Origin: an uncultured Candidatus Poseidoniales archaeon
GTDB lineage: Archaea; Thermoplasmatota; Poseidoniia; Poseidoniales; Thalassarchaeaceae
Assembly (NCBI GenBank): GCA_964645485.1
Contig: CAZXZO010000005.1
Coordinates: forward strand, 10,290-74,289
Length of the DNA stretch: 64,000 nucleotides
Direction of reading: 5' to 3'
Shown in pieces: positions 24,797 to 35,504 of the stretch. The notes beneath the pieces are model-generated. The model worked only from the letters and a program-made list of their open reading frames with translations. It made no database searches and was not told the DNA's origin. Each line of letters opens with the position of its first letter. The stretch's first letter is position 1. The position numbers and the translations under genes were made by a program.

Positions 24797-26161
24797 TCAC
24801 GATGATGTGCCAATTATTCTTTCTAATTCTTCGATTGTTTTTGGGCAATCCTTAGTGAGTACTTCGTGGCCATCTTTTGTAATCAGGACATCATCTTCTA
24901 TTCTAATTCCGATGCCAGACCATTTTTCATCAATCTCGATGTCTGGCCTCCATGCTCCGAAATATAATCCAGGTTCAATGGTGAGAACCATTCCTTCTTC
25001 TAACAATCTGGGTTCATTTTCAGGTGCATAAACACCTACGTCATGCACATCTAAACCAAGCCAATGGCTTGTGCGATGCATAAAGTAAGTACCTAGTTGT
25101 TCAGCGGACATAGCGTCATCTATTGTAGGTCCTTCAACTATTCCTAAGTCAAGCAACCCTTGTGCCAAAACTCTCTTTGCAGCGTTGTGAGGCGCATCAA
25201 ATGATTGACCCGGCTTACAAGCAGAAATTGCTGCTAATTCCGAATCCAACACGAGTTGGTAAAGAATTGCTTGAGGCTCGGTGAATTTTCCATTAATTGG
25301 CCATGTTCTAGTAATGTCACTTGCATAGCCTGAGATTTCACAACCAGCGTCTATCAAAACCAAGTCACCATCCTGAACTGGTGAATCATTTTCTACATAG
25401 TGCAAAATTGTTGCATTGTCACCACCTCCTACAATGCTAGGGTACGACCATTGACTTCCATTATACTTGAAACACCCTTCAATGATAGATTGTAACTGGT
25501 ACTCACTCATTCCCGCCGACCCATTCATCATTGCTTCAATATGAGCAGCAGATGCAATTTTACATGAATGTCGCATCAATTCAAGTTCACTTTCTGATTT
25601 GAATAACCTTAGTTCAGATACCAAGGGTCTTGGGTCACACAGGTTTGTAGGTCCTGAACCTGTGCGTTGCCTATTCCTGCTTGTTTCTAACAATGATTTG
25701 TCTACAATTTCATCAACTGTTGACGATAATCCCCTTTGGTGGTATACATTTGTGCAGCCATTTAAGAGTGATGTTAATCCATTTTCGATATCTTCTATTG
25801 AAATTGCCTCATCAATTGGAAATTGCTTCTTTGCTCCTTCGAGTCCTACTCGGATTCCAGTCCAAGTTTCTTTGATTACATCTCTAGGTGGAATAAACAG
25901 TACTGAATTGAATTCCCCCGCGCGATTAGAAAGGCAGAACACCGCATTTGGGCTATCCCAGCCTACAAAGTATAGCATATCTGATGAGGCTCTGTATGGG
26001 TATTCTACATCCGCACTACGGGTTGCCTCAGGGTTGTTTACGATTATCAAAAGAGAATCTTCATCACAGAGGTCTCCAATTTTGGCGTGGCGGGACCGCA
26101 TCTCTTCTACACTTGTGGGGGGAGGCAAAGCAGAGAGGTCCAACCCGTGCCCATCAAACAT
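24797..26161 (-). CDS. pepP: Xaa-Pro aminopeptidase (M24B)
   Basis: 'DLVLIDAGCEISGYASDITRTWP', 'HRTSHWLGLDVHD', 'GMVLTIEPGLY', 'IGIRIEDDVLIT' metal-ligand motifs. Confidence 0.85.
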   Translation of the reverse strand: MFDGHGLDLSALPPPTSVEEMRSRHAKIGDLCDEDSLLIIVNNPEATRSADVEYPYRASSDMLYFVGWDSPNAVFCLSNRAGEFNSVLFIPPRDVIKETWTGIRVGLEGAKKQFPIDEAISIEDIENGLTSLLNGCTNVYHQRGLSSTVDEIVDKSLLETSRNRQRTGSGPTNLCDPRPLVSELRLFKSESELELMRHSCKIASAAHIEAMMNGSAGMSEYQLQSIIEGCFKYNGSQWSYPSIVGGGDNATILHYVENDSPVQDGDLVLIDAGCEISGYASDITRTWPINGKFTEPQAILYQLVLDSELAAISACKPGQSFDAPHNAAKRVLAQGLLDLGIVEGPTIDDAMSAEQLGTYFMHRTSHWLGLDVHDVGVYAPENEPRLLEEGMVLTIEPGLYFGAWRPDIEIDEKWSGIGIRIEDDVLITKDGHEVLTKDCPKTIEELERIIGTSS

Positions 26162-26194
26162 AGTTTCCCGTCAAGCCCGACTCTTATTTAGCAT

Positions 26195-27856
26195 TCAGTC
26201 TAAATCGTCATTTTCAAATTGCTCACCAATATCATCCTCAGTCACATTTTCATTGGTTCGACGTTTTACCCACTTAGGTATATCTCCGCCTCTCTCACTC
26301 CTAGCAAATTTGAAAGTTAGATATGATAAAGTTACGAGAATCACCATGAAGATTCCCATCATATTTGTTTCTCCACCCACTGTTGATATCATAGACTCGG
26401 TGAATGATTCAGGCTCCTTCCATAATGGGTCAGACTCTGTGCCTTCTATTCCTACAAAAACCTCGATGAAATCACTTTCTCCGTCATCATCAGTTACACT
26501 AAGAGTGATGAGATGTATCTTAGATTCATCTTTGATCCATTCCCGACGCATGATTTGTTCCCTCCCTAGAGAAACCGGGTCTCCATCTACATACCAAACA
26601 TAGTTCAAACCACCCAGGTCATTTTCAGTATCTGAACTCTCAGATGCGTCAATTGTCCAAAGTGATTCATCAGGTAATCTGATGGTTTCTTCGGTTGAAA
26701 ATGTACTTCCTTCTATACTAGCTGCGGCAGTGGGTGGCAGATTGTTTACGATTAAACTTAAATTGGTACTATTAGATAATCCCGAAGTATCGGTTACTAG
26801 AACCATTACATCAAAATGCCCGGATTGATTAGCATACCAACTCCAACTCTTGTCGGTGCCAGCATCATGTACGAAGGGAGGACTGGTTTCACCGTCCCGT
26901 CGCAAAATGAAGGTAAAACGTAACCCATCCTTACCCCAAACCGGGTCATCTGAATTACTTGCATCAAAAATCGCTAATTGAGACTCATTGACTACAGATG
27001 TACCGCTGAGTGCAGCGATTGGTTGTTGATTATGCAGGGCTATGGCGGTACAAGATATTTCTGAAAAATTGCCAGCATTATCGCCAGCACGACTGACGAA
27101 CAACCACCATCCATCTTCATATTCTGAACTTTGAATTTGAAAGTTGAACACGTCGGTTCCAGAATATGTAACTCCATCAGTTCTCCAGTTTTCAACCGTC
27201 AAGAAGTCAGATAAGATCCCGCGCACACAGAAATGATTTGCTTGATTGGATTGAATTGCTGACCATTCAAGTGTTGGTTGATATCCAATTTCACTTACCG
27301 CAACCCCGCTAATATTTAGGTCACCTCTCCAGTTTATTCCCATCTCAGGAGAAGTAATCATCAAGTTTGGTGGTAAGCCATTTTCATCAGGATTTATGAA
27401 TAATAGAAGGTGAACTTGGGAAACTTGTTGTTGAACATCAATTACTACTGCAGTTAGCCTACACGAGCAGGCAGGCAAATTACTTGAGTTAATGACAATT
27501 GAAAATGACCATGAATTTGTAGTGGGGTCTTGCCAAGACTCATTTTCAATTAATGTGCTAATTGCTGAATCTTGGGAAAGAATTTCTCCTGAATTCTCCA
27601 ACTGCCAATACAATTCAGAAGGAAAAGCATCATCCCAAATTGTCCCGGTGATTGTAAAATTTTCAGTAAATGTATTCCCATTGCTACTTTGGAGTATCAA
27701 AGTTGGTTGTTGATTACTGACGGAGTAGTTTGGCACAACCACGGGCGGCATCCGCTCTTGATTTTTGACACAACCCAATAGGGAACAAGCCAACAAGATT
27801 GATATTAGTGCAAGAGCAGCACTCCAACCTCTTGCTTGCATCAACTTGAGATGCAC
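26195..27856 (-). CDS. Surface-anchored protein with PKD-like domains (lipobox signal, C-terminal TM)
   Basis: 'ISILLACSLLGC' signal/lipobox. Two PKD-like modules ('FDASNSDDP...VMVLVTDTSGLS', 'IDASESSDTEND...ITLSVTDDDGES'). C-terminal TM 'MMGIFMVILVTLSYLTF' plus an acidic tail. Confidence 0.6.
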   Translation of the reverse strand: MHLKLMQARGWSAALALISILLACSLLGCVKNQERMPPVVVPNYSVSNQQPTLILQSSNGNTFTENFTITGTIWDDAFPSELYWQLENSGEILSQDSAISTLIENESWQDPTTNSWSFSIVINSSNLPACSCRLTAVVIDVQQQVSQVHLLLFINPDENGLPPNLMITSPEMGINWRGDLNISGVAVSEIGYQPTLEWSAIQSNQANHFCVRGILSDFLTVENWRTDGVTYSGTDVFNFQIQSSEYEDGWWLFVSRAGDNAGNFSEISCTAIALHNQQPIAALSGTSVVNESQLAIFDASNSDDPVWGKDGLRFTFILRRDGETSPPFVHDAGTDKSWSWYANQSGHFDVMVLVTDTSGLSNSTNLSLIVNNLPPTAAASIEGSTFSTEETIRLPDESLWTIDASESSDTENDLGGLNYVWYVDGDPVSLGREQIMRREWIKDESKIHLITLSVTDDDGESDFIEVFVGIEGTESDPLWKEPESFTESMISTVGGETNMMGIFMVILVTLSYLTFKFARSERGGDIPKWVKRRTNENVTEDDIGEQFENDDLD

Positions 27857-27942
27857 TGACTTATGCTATCAAATGTGACACAATTTGTTCGCGATTTGTG
27901 CTGTTCGAGACGCCTTGAGAACCACCCGAGGGAGGTTTTTCA

Positions 27943-30900
27943 TTACGCCCATTGGTCACAATGCTGGCCTTGGCCGGGGAAACTATTGCCTTCTCTTGGG
28001 TTAGTGTGCCATTTGTGTTCGCAGTCATTGAAGAAACCATCTCCATCAACATCCATCTTGGCATCTGCCCCATCAAATGGGTCGAACCGGAAGTAATACT
28101 CCCAGCCATCGAACATACTGTCACCATCACTATCCATGTGGTAAACCTCAGGACCATCTTCCAATCCATCGCCATCAGTATCATTCAGGACCGGATTTGT
28201 GCCATTCAGCATCTCCTCGTAGTTAGTGTAATTCTCCAAGTCGTTGTAGAATTTGGCTCCTCCAGGAGTGTCAGGGTCAATGTGGCAAAGAGAGGAGGTA
28301 GGGTCATTCCATCCAGGACAGAATCTATTCAGCTCCGCCGTTCGATTCTTTCCATCCTGGTCAAAGTCTTCATCACCGTCCATCACCCCGTCTAAGTCAC
28401 TATCTTCAAGTGCAGGGTCCATAGGTCCCCTTGCTCCAAGGTTTTGTAAAGTGGTATTGTCAACCAATCCTTGAGAAATAGCCTGGGCACTATACTTCAC
28501 TTCCCAACCATCTGGTAACTTATCGTTATCAGTATCGTCATTCACGGGGTTTGTATTCCAGCGATTTGGTCCTTCCATCTCATTTGGAAGCGAATCATTG
28601 TCGATGTCATAATCAGCATCTGGAAGTGAGCCAAGAGCAGGGTCAAGAGCCCAACGTCCGCTATTTTCTGGAATAGCGAAGTTTGTCAAATTCATGTCCC
28701 ATAAGAAGTATTTAGGATCAGGTTCTCCATCATTATTCTCATCTCCTCCAGAGGCAAATCCTTGAATCCAATTATTCCACAGCCAACCACCTGGGCCACG
28801 TGTGCATCCTACATCTGTACAACCTGGTGGTTGGAAATTCGATGTGGTAACCCAAAGGCTGTGTGAATTTGTATTGTCCATGGTTGACTGAACCTGCATT
28901 TCCCAGCCATCAAGCATTCCATCTTGGTCGGTGTCATTGACTAGTGGGTTTGTTGCGGCTTGCCATGGTCTTGGAATGTAAAGAACTTCATTGCCATCAT
29001 TTAATCCATCATCATCAGAGTCTGAATCATTTGCGTTAGTGACATAATTATCTAATCCCAAGATTACTTCTTCACCATCTTCCAATCCATCGATGTCTGT
29101 GTCAAACATACTTGCATTGGTGAAGTAAGGTTCTCCTAACCATTGGAAGCCATCTACGGCTTCAACGTAATCTTCCAATCCATCGCTGTCTGTATCTTTG
29201 TTAGATGCATTTGTGTATGTTTCTCCAAACTCTCTCCAGTCTGTTAGACCATCATCATCGGTATCAACATCACCTGGGTCAGATGTTACAAGAATAGTGT
29301 GAACCCCCCGGCTCACAACTAAGATTTCCCAACCCATGACTTCTATGCCATCAATCAATCCATCTCCGTCAGTATCTGCATTAAGAGGGTCTGTTGAACG
29401 GCCATCCATAATACCATCATTATCACGGTCTCTTGCTTGATATTCCATCAGATTCGTGAACATTTCACTTTCTTCAACAATTGTCATCCAAACATAATTT
29501 CGGCTTGTAACTTCGTTTTCAGTTGCTGGACCTTCTAGAAGACTTAGTGCGGGGATTCCATAGACATATCCAGCGCTTGGTGCCTTGATCGGTACTGTTT
29601 CTTCGTTGCCACCTGCATGAGTGATTTTTGCATATGCTACAGTCTGATTTGCTTCTACATATTCCATCAATTCAACAGTTATTGAGTAAACTCTAGCAAT
29701 ACCCGTTAAATCACTGTAAGTGACTTTACCATTGCCATTTGCATCCCAACCATCCATATCTGGGTCAGTGTATGCGTTTTCTCCATCAACTGGATTCAAT
29801 CCATTGTCAGCTTCCCAACCATCTGGCATTCCATCTTCGTCAGTGTCTGCTGTCAGAGGGCTTGTGAAATTTGATGCACCCCAAACTCGAGCAACATCGT
29901 ATTCTGCTCGGTTGTTTAGTCCGTCCTCATCTTCATCTCCAAATGCATCGGATGCATTTGCAGCATTCAGTAAAGTGTCGTAACAATATTCGAATCCGTC
30001 AGGCATTCCATCACCATCAGTATCCCAATCGCCTGGACCATTATTGCGTCCGTCCCCATCCATGTCCTCAATGAACCAGTTTAGGGGGTCAACAGTGCTT
30101 GGGAATGAGTTTAGAAGGGATGTAAATGGTCCATCTTTGGTTGGGCCTGTAATCACTGCTTTTCCACAGACGACTTCAAGTTCGATGGAAACCATGGAAA
30201 CCTCAACTTGGTCCCCAATTAGGTCACCATCACTGTCTTCTGATAGTGGATTTGTTCCATAACTTTCCTCGGCAAAATTTGCCAATGTATCGGAATCAAA
30301 GTCTAAAACTTGGTCACAGGAATGTTGGCCTGCGAAATTCTCCAGTTCCTCCCAAAGTTCAGCGCCGAAGGTTTGTTCTAAATTTGCTTCTGATTCTGGG
30401 TCAAGTAGAACACAATCCCAGTTTCCATTTAGGGGGTCAAATAGTGTCAAGTCACCTGATTGAGTAACCATGTCAAATGTGTAGAGTGATTCCCACTTGT
30501 CGTTAAGTCCATCACCATCGGTGTCATTTCGTCTTGGGTCTGTTCCCAATTCCATTTCTTCAATATTTACTAGACCATCTTTGTCAGGGTCTCCAAGAGG
30601 TCCATTATCCGGGTCGGGCCAGGTTTCATCGGAACCAGAATTGTCATCCCCGGTATCAGTTTCAGTTTCGGTTATGATTTCCTCTAGACCAGCATCACCA
30701 CTGTCTAGCGGGTTTAATCCAGCATTTACTTCGTAGCCATCGGTCATCCCATCTCCGTCAGTATCTTCATCGTAGGGGTCAGTGCCGTAGGTGTTTCTTT
30801 CTAGTCGGTCACTTAGGCCATCTTCATCGGCATCTTCCATATTTTCATTGAAGACGGTGTCGTCATCAAGGATGTCTGAAGCGCCATCTTCGTAGTCAAT

Positions 30901-31011
30901 CGCAGTGCTCATTATACTGCCTGCAATACTGTATGTTCCTGCTAAGCAGAGGGTTACTGTAATTGCAACTACTGCCCATTGATTATGTGTCAATGCCATG
31001 TTATTCACCAC
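27943..31011 (-). CDS. Giant extracellular TSP3 (thrombospondin type-3-like) calcium-binding repeat protein
   Basis: N-terminal anchor 'WAVVAITVTLCLAGTYSIAG'. More than 20 copies of 'NP-x-x-x-DTDGDG-[LM]-x-DG-x-E' along 1022 aa. Confidence 0.7.
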   Translation of the reverse strand: MVNNMALTHNQWAVVAITVTLCLAGTYSIAGSIMSTAIDYEDGASDILDDDTVFNENMEDADEDGLSDRLERNTYGTDPYDEDTDGDGMTDGYEVNAGLNPLDSGDAGLEEIITETETDTGDDNSGSDETWPDPDNGPLGDPDKDGLVNIEEMELGTDPRRNDTDGDGLNDKWESLYTFDMVTQSGDLTLFDPLNGNWDCVLLDPESEANLEQTFGAELWEELENFAGQHSCDQVLDFDSDTLANFAEESYGTNPLSEDSDGDLIGDQVEVSMVSIELEVVCGKAVITGPTKDGPFTSLLNSFPSTVDPLNWFIEDMDGDGRNNGPGDWDTDGDGMPDGFEYCYDTLLNAANASDAFGDEDEDGLNNRAEYDVARVWGASNFTSPLTADTDEDGMPDGWEADNGLNPVDGENAYTDPDMDGWDANGNGKVTYSDLTGIARVYSITVELMEYVEANQTVAYAKITHAGGNEETVPIKAPSAGYVYGIPALSLLEGPATENEVTSRNYVWMTIVEESEMFTNLMEYQARDRDNDGIMDGRSTDPLNADTDGDGLIDGIEVMGWEILVVSRGVHTILVTSDPGDVDTDDDGLTDWREFGETYTNASNKDTDSDGLEDYVEAVDGFQWLGEPYFTNASMFDTDIDGLEDGEEVILGLDNYVTNANDSDSDDDGLNDGNEVLYIPRPWQAATNPLVNDTDQDGMLDGWEMQVQSTMDNTNSHSLWVTTSNFQPPGCTDVGCTRGPGGWLWNNWIQGFASGGDENNDGEPDPKYFLWDMNLTNFAIPENSGRWALDPALGSLPDADYDIDNDSLPNEMEGPNRWNTNPVNDDTDNDKLPDGWEVKYSAQAISQGLVDNTTLQNLGARGPMDPALEDSDLDGVMDGDEDFDQDGKNRTAELNRFCPGWNDPTSSLCHIDPDTPGGAKFYNDLENYTNYEEMLNGTNPVLNDTDGDGLEDGPEVYHMDSDGDSMFDGWEYYFRFDPFDGADAKMDVDGDGFFNDCEHKWHTNPREGNSFPGQGQHCDQWA

Positions 31012-31112
31012 TGGCCGTAGGCCAATTCCTTTTCACGACTTGCCGTACCCTGTTTAAGGTTTAACCGAAAGCGTTTGACAATTGCTCTTCACCAAGTTAG
31101 CCCTGAATGTGG

Positions 31113-32222
31113 TCATGCGAGGTCATAGAGACTAGATATCTCTAGAATATGGCCCTTGTGAGAACAACTCCAAATGAGTTTACATGGTCGAGCCTCTGAC
31201 CTTTCCCACGCACCAGCAAGTATGCCTGCTGCAACTGCTGGATGGAAGAGTTTTGATAGGTGCAATTTAACTCCTCCATTGTCATCAATTTCCTCAACTG
31301 ATGTCACCCCACCTAAGCCGGTTCGAGTGAGAAAACGGTGGCCAACATGAACCCAGTGTTCTGGTTCAGCGATTAACACCATTTGGTCTGTAGTCAAGAA
31401 CCTGATTTTGCTTGCTTCAGCAAATCCAGTCCAAATTTTATGACGCTCATTATCTTGCAATGTTTGCCAAGTGAATTTGTTAGAATCAATACCTGTTGAG
31501 TCGAGAAGATGGGGCATAACACTCTCTTCAAATCTCAACAACATGTCTCTAGAGATGCACATCATTCGGATACCATCAATTGACCAAACACCGGCAAAAT
31601 CATGATGTCCAAGTGCAAGTGGATGCATTCCATCTGCATCGGGGTCGGATTTGGAATTGTCCGTCCACCGGTGGTCAACTTTCATCGCCTTTGGGATGAA
31701 TCGCTTATCTACCTCCAAAGTGACCAAACATTCCGCATTTCCATCATCGGTCCAATGGAATCTAAATCTAGAGTCGGTCAAAAATTCTTGAGTTGCTGCG
31801 GCCCAACCAGCCGAAAGTGCAGAATGTGCCCGATTATGAATAATCAATTTTGTAGATTCAGATTCAACTTTCATAATTTCTAATTTGCCCAATCCTCGAA
31901 TTTCCCAGTTCTTATTTATCCATTCAAGGCGTTTGGCCATTTTATTAAAAATTGGATTTGGCATCTCTTCTGAAGAATTGGCTAAACGATATTCTTCTGA
32001 TTCAGCCGCGGCGTGAGATATTTTTCTGCCCAGCGGAAGGCCGACCAAATTTTCTAATTCTGACAACCACATCTCGAAATCATTGATTGAGATGAAATAA
32101 TAGGGCTCTGCACCAGTGTCTACTTCCCTCAATAACCCACATGTTGTAGGTGTGAACTTAGATTTTAGGAGGTCAGAGAACCAAGGAGTATCGTCTTTTG
32201 ATACTTCATCTATTAGTGGCAC
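31113..32222 (-). CDS. Hypothetical cytoplasmic protein (possibly two V4R-like halves)
   Basis: 369 aa, GTG start. Two segments end in patterns reminiscent of V4R domains ('SAGWAAATQEFL...ECLVTLEV' and 'AAGILAGAWERSEARPCKLIWSCSHKGHILEIS'). Weak, by eye. Confidence 0.35.
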   Translation of the reverse strand: MPLIDEVSKDDTPWFSDLLKSKFTPTTCGLLREVDTGAEPYYFISINDFEMWLSELENLVGLPLGRKISHAAAESEEYRLANSSEEMPNPIFNKMAKRLEWINKNWEIRGLGKLEIMKVESESTKLIIHNRAHSALSAGWAAATQEFLTDSRFRFHWTDDGNAECLVTLEVDKRFIPKAMKVDHRWTDNSKSDPDADGMHPLALGHHDFAGVWSIDGIRMMCISRDMLLRFEESVMPHLLDSTGIDSNKFTWQTLQDNERHKIWTGFAEASKIRFLTTDQMVLIAEPEHWVHVGHRFLTRTGLGGVTSVEEIDDNGGVKLHLSKLFHPAVAAGILAGAWERSEARPCKLIWSCSHKGHILEISSLYDLA

Positions 32223-32315
32223 AGTTGAATCCTGCGGAACCTCCTCAATTGATGTTTCTATTCAAAGTTCATCCGCAATCACTTCAATAGTTCATTACTT
32301 GAAACCAATTTAAAC

Positions 32316-35300
32316 TCAATTATTGTTTTCATTCTCCCCATACCTGTCTGGAGAACTAGGACGACTGGAAGGTCGCTTGATTCCTTCAGATTCAGAAATT
32401 AGTGAATGGCTGGATATGTGCTTCTTTCCTAAATTTGGTTCCATAATAGGAATTTTCTCTAGTCGGTCCATGGGTTGTTCAGAAGTGATTGATGAACGAA
32501 TTTTCCTGCCGCGGTATGCAGCGGGGCCGATAAGAATCTCAAGTGCACGTTGATCTTTATTCATTGGTTTCGGCCGTTTATTCCACCACTCAACAGGTAG
32601 AGGAGAACAACGAGCAAGAGGCTGAGATATTAGTTCACGGCGTCTTTTTGAGATGTTACTCGCAATATTTTTTGCCTGTTTCTTAGGTAAACGAACAACA
32701 AGCCATCCAGGCATTCCTAAGTCGTAGACCACGCGATTGATTGTAACAAGAAGACCTGACAACAACAAGTGTGTTCCAACAGGAATCTTCTCTGGGTCAA
32801 AACTAACCTTGTATCTCCTCAGTCTTTTAGCGTAGGCTATCATTGCTTTTTGGTCCCTGTGTTTTATTACCCGCCGTTGTAACTTCCGGAATCGTAATGC
32901 GAAGAAATGTAATATGATTAAAGATGATGTAATTGCAACGCCTAAAACGTCATTTGAACTTCTATCATAGGCTATCAAACCAAATATTATCCAAGTTGGA
33001 AGAAGGACAATCCAGTTGAATAATCTCAGGATGAACGAAGGCGTGTAACGCGGGGTCATTCTTCTCTCAATTGCTTCATGAGCCGCGATAAAAATATTCG
33101 CATTTATTGCTTCATCTTCTCCATTTTTTGCTAATAATGCTGCAATTGGATTTGTTGGTGCTTCATCAATCCATCTCCGTTTCTCTTTAGGATTTGGCTC
33201 AATGATAGCCGATTCTAGTTCATTAGCAGGTGCTGCGAAACCCAGAATCATCCCTAATGATTTTACTCGGGGGTCTTCAGGAGAACTAGTTTGTAATTCT
33301 TCGAATATGTCAAGTGCATCAAACCATTCTCCATTGTCAATCAAACAAAGTGATGCAGCAATTCTTGCCTTTGCGCTGTTGGGATTCCTTCGAATTGCTT
33401 CAAGGGATAATTCAAGTGCTTCTTCATGTCTCCTTTCAGCGCGTAATTTAGCAACTGAACTTATCATGGCGTGAAGGCTCAATGAGTCTTTGTATATCGT
33501 GTCTATAGATGTAGATGGGTCCCACCTCATCAATCTCTTTTGCAATTCTTGCAAGTAATGTATAGCAGAACTATCCTCCCAATCATAGAAGTCATCATTT
33601 TTGACTGAGCCAGCCCATGGGTCAAACCATTCTGCTACCAAAGAGAGAATTTCAGGTTCATCATAACCATCGGGCTGTTCTAGGCCTCTAAGAGCCTCTC
33701 TTGCTGCATCCAATCGTCTAGAAGCAATGTGCCCTGCAGCAATTATCATCCTCGCTTCATCATCATCACCACCCTGTTGTGCCAACAATTTCCTAGCAAC
33801 ATCAATTGCTTCTGGCCATAAACCACGAAGTGCACATTCAAGCATTCTTGCTCTACTTTTTTCTAATTGAACGACTAGTTGGTTGCCTTGTATGGAGTCA
33901 GATTGGAATCTCCTTAATGCATTGAGGTCATCACGGTATGCTGCTTCCTCAACATAATTTCTCATCCAATCGCCTCCACCTGAAAGAATTGCACCTTCTC
34001 TTCTCTCATCCGGATTTAGGTCAAACCTAAGGTTCTTCATCAAACTGAAACGTCCAAGACTGAGAATCCAGGTCAATAGGAAAATTGCTTGTCCAGCAGC
34101 TATGAATTGCCAAGTTTCCGCTAGTAAAATTTCTTCGGAAAGTAGGGGGGTCGAGTCTCCATACGGCATTAAATGACTAAATTCTTTGTAAGTTTGTAGA
34201 ATGATCAGCAGAATAGAATATCCACTGAACCCCGCTAGTCCAAAGAATAGAACTCTGCCCTGAACTTTTACCTCACTCCGTATTTCCCTAGGCCTAGCCA
34301 AAATGACTCCACCAATACCACCAAATGTTTGTCCTCCTAGGAATAGGTTCCGTGTCAGTTCAAAAATGAACGCTAATCCTACAACTGCTACGTTCAGCAT
34401 CAAGTATGATGCTAATGTGATCTCAAGTGCTTTCAGCGAAATTATTTTTTGAAGAATTGGATTATCTTCAACAAATTGATAAATTTCCCAGCCTATTATT
34501 CCACCCAAGTCAAGCATAGAATTTGCATCAACCGGGCTTTCAAGTTCAACATAAATTAGAGTTACAATTCCGTTGACGGCTGTGAGTGGCATCGTTGCCA
34601 AAAATACGACAATGAGTAATGATGCAAAGCGCTTGAAAATCCCTGGTTTATCGGGATCAATTGCTGTTCTCCGACCTTTCATGGTGCGCCATTTGTTGAT
34701 AATTAGGGTGTTCCACGAAGCACCCATTATCCGGCCATAGGCAAGAATTGTGGGAGACATGAATGTCAGTAAGGCAAAACCTACCCACCTACCAAAAATC
34801 TCATCTTCAGTGCCCAAGGATGACTTTTGATATCCTACAAATAGAACCATTCCTGTTGCCGAAATGACCATTGCAATTGTCGCAAATGAGCCATACATTC
34901 TCTTCAATGCGGATAATTTTCTGGAGTCACCTGTTTGCTTCGAAAGTTGAGCGTAGAGTGTTACGAAGGGTGAAATCATTATCGGGTATGCAACCAATAT
35001 TAACATCATGTAGATTACTGGTTGGTAGAAAGTTGATGGCTCAATTAGCAGTTCACATACGATTAACAAAATACCTGTCATTGCCAATAAATAGGCCAAG
35101 GAACCAATCAGGACTCTTGGTGCATTTAGTAAATTCATGACTTCGTTTCTGTTTTTACTCAAACGATGTACTTCGTACAACCCATCATCTACCTCAAAGG
35201 CTACCTGTAAATTTGAAAGAGAAAGTGGGAGTAGCCATCGCCAAAGCATCAAACCAACCATTATTGCGATTGCAAGTGGTGCGAGTAAACTTGGGTCAAA

Positions 35301-35417
35301 AGTACCAGCACTCACAATTGTTGGGCTGGCACTCACAAATGGCACCTTCAAGATGGCCAGGAGGGTGAGAATAGTTGCCAATAAAGCGGTTTTCCGAATA
35401 CTACCGCCTCCTGCCAT
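32316..35417 (-). CDS. Polytopic membrane protein with central TPR-like soluble region
   Basis: 1033 aa. About 12 TM helices in the N-terminal half, an alpha-helical repeat region (~aa 470-730), two more TM helices, and a basic C-terminal tail. Confidence 0.5.
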   Translation of the reverse strand: MAGGGSIRKTALLATILTLLAILKVPFVSASPTIVSAGTFDPSLLAPLAIAIMVGLMLWRWLLPLSLSNLQVAFEVDDGLYEVHRLSKNRNEVMNLLNAPRVLIGSLAYLLAMTGILLIVCELLIEPSTFYQPVIYMMLILVAYPIMISPFVTLYAQLSKQTGDSRKLSALKRMYGSFATIAMVISATGMVLFVGYQKSSLGTEDEIFGRWVGFALLTFMSPTILAYGRIMGASWNTLIINKWRTMKGRRTAIDPDKPGIFKRFASLLIVVFLATMPLTAVNGIVTLIYVELESPVDANSMLDLGGIIGWEIYQFVEDNPILQKIISLKALEITLASYLMLNVAVVGLAFIFELTRNLFLGGQTFGGIGGVILARPREIRSEVKVQGRVLFFGLAGFSGYSILLIILQTYKEFSHLMPYGDSTPLLSEEILLAETWQFIAAGQAIFLLTWILSLGRFSLMKNLRFDLNPDERREGAILSGGGDWMRNYVEEAAYRDDLNALRRFQSDSIQGNQLVVQLEKSRARMLECALRGLWPEAIDVARKLLAQQGGDDDEARMIIAAGHIASRRLDAAREALRGLEQPDGYDEPEILSLVAEWFDPWAGSVKNDDFYDWEDSSAIHYLQELQKRLMRWDPSTSIDTIYKDSLSLHAMISSVAKLRAERRHEEALELSLEAIRRNPNSAKARIAASLCLIDNGEWFDALDIFEELQTSSPEDPRVKSLGMILGFAAPANELESAIIEPNPKEKRRWIDEAPTNPIAALLAKNGEDEAINANIFIAAHEAIERRMTPRYTPSFILRLFNWIVLLPTWIIFGLIAYDRSSNDVLGVAITSSLIILHFFALRFRKLQRRVIKHRDQKAMIAYAKRLRRYKVSFDPEKIPVGTHLLLSGLLVTINRVVYDLGMPGWLVVRLPKKQAKNIASNISKRRRELISQPLARCSPLPVEWWNKRPKPMNKDQRALEILIGPAAYRGRKIRSSITSEQPMDRLEKIPIMEPNLGKKHISSHSLISESEGIKRPSSRPSSPDRYGENENNN

Positions 35418-35459
35418 AATTGGGTCTATGTGGCTACAGTTCTAATCGGTTGTGCCGTT

Positions 35460-35477
35460 CAGGGTCCTTAGACCCTG
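35460..35477 (-). terminator. Hairpin downstream of the aminotransferase gene (possible terminator)
   Basis: CAGGGTC-CTTA-GACCCTG perfect 7-bp stem 28 nt past the stop codon. No T-run. Confidence 0.25.
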
Positions 35478-35504
35478 AGTCTTTGAGTAAACCAAATTGT
35501 CGGT

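Noticed and set aside
25599-26603. 334-aa plus-strand ORF spanning pepP and the next gene.
   Set aside because: It is antisense to two genes with strong family motifs and crosses their intergenic gap. The Ser-rich composition is typical of shadow ORFs.
27861-28474. Several ORFs (107, 77, 147, 73 aa) overlapping the 3' part of the TSP3 gene.
   Set aside because: These are alternative-frame or antisense readings of the Asp-codon-rich repeats. The 1022-aa frame has a coherent repeat architecture.
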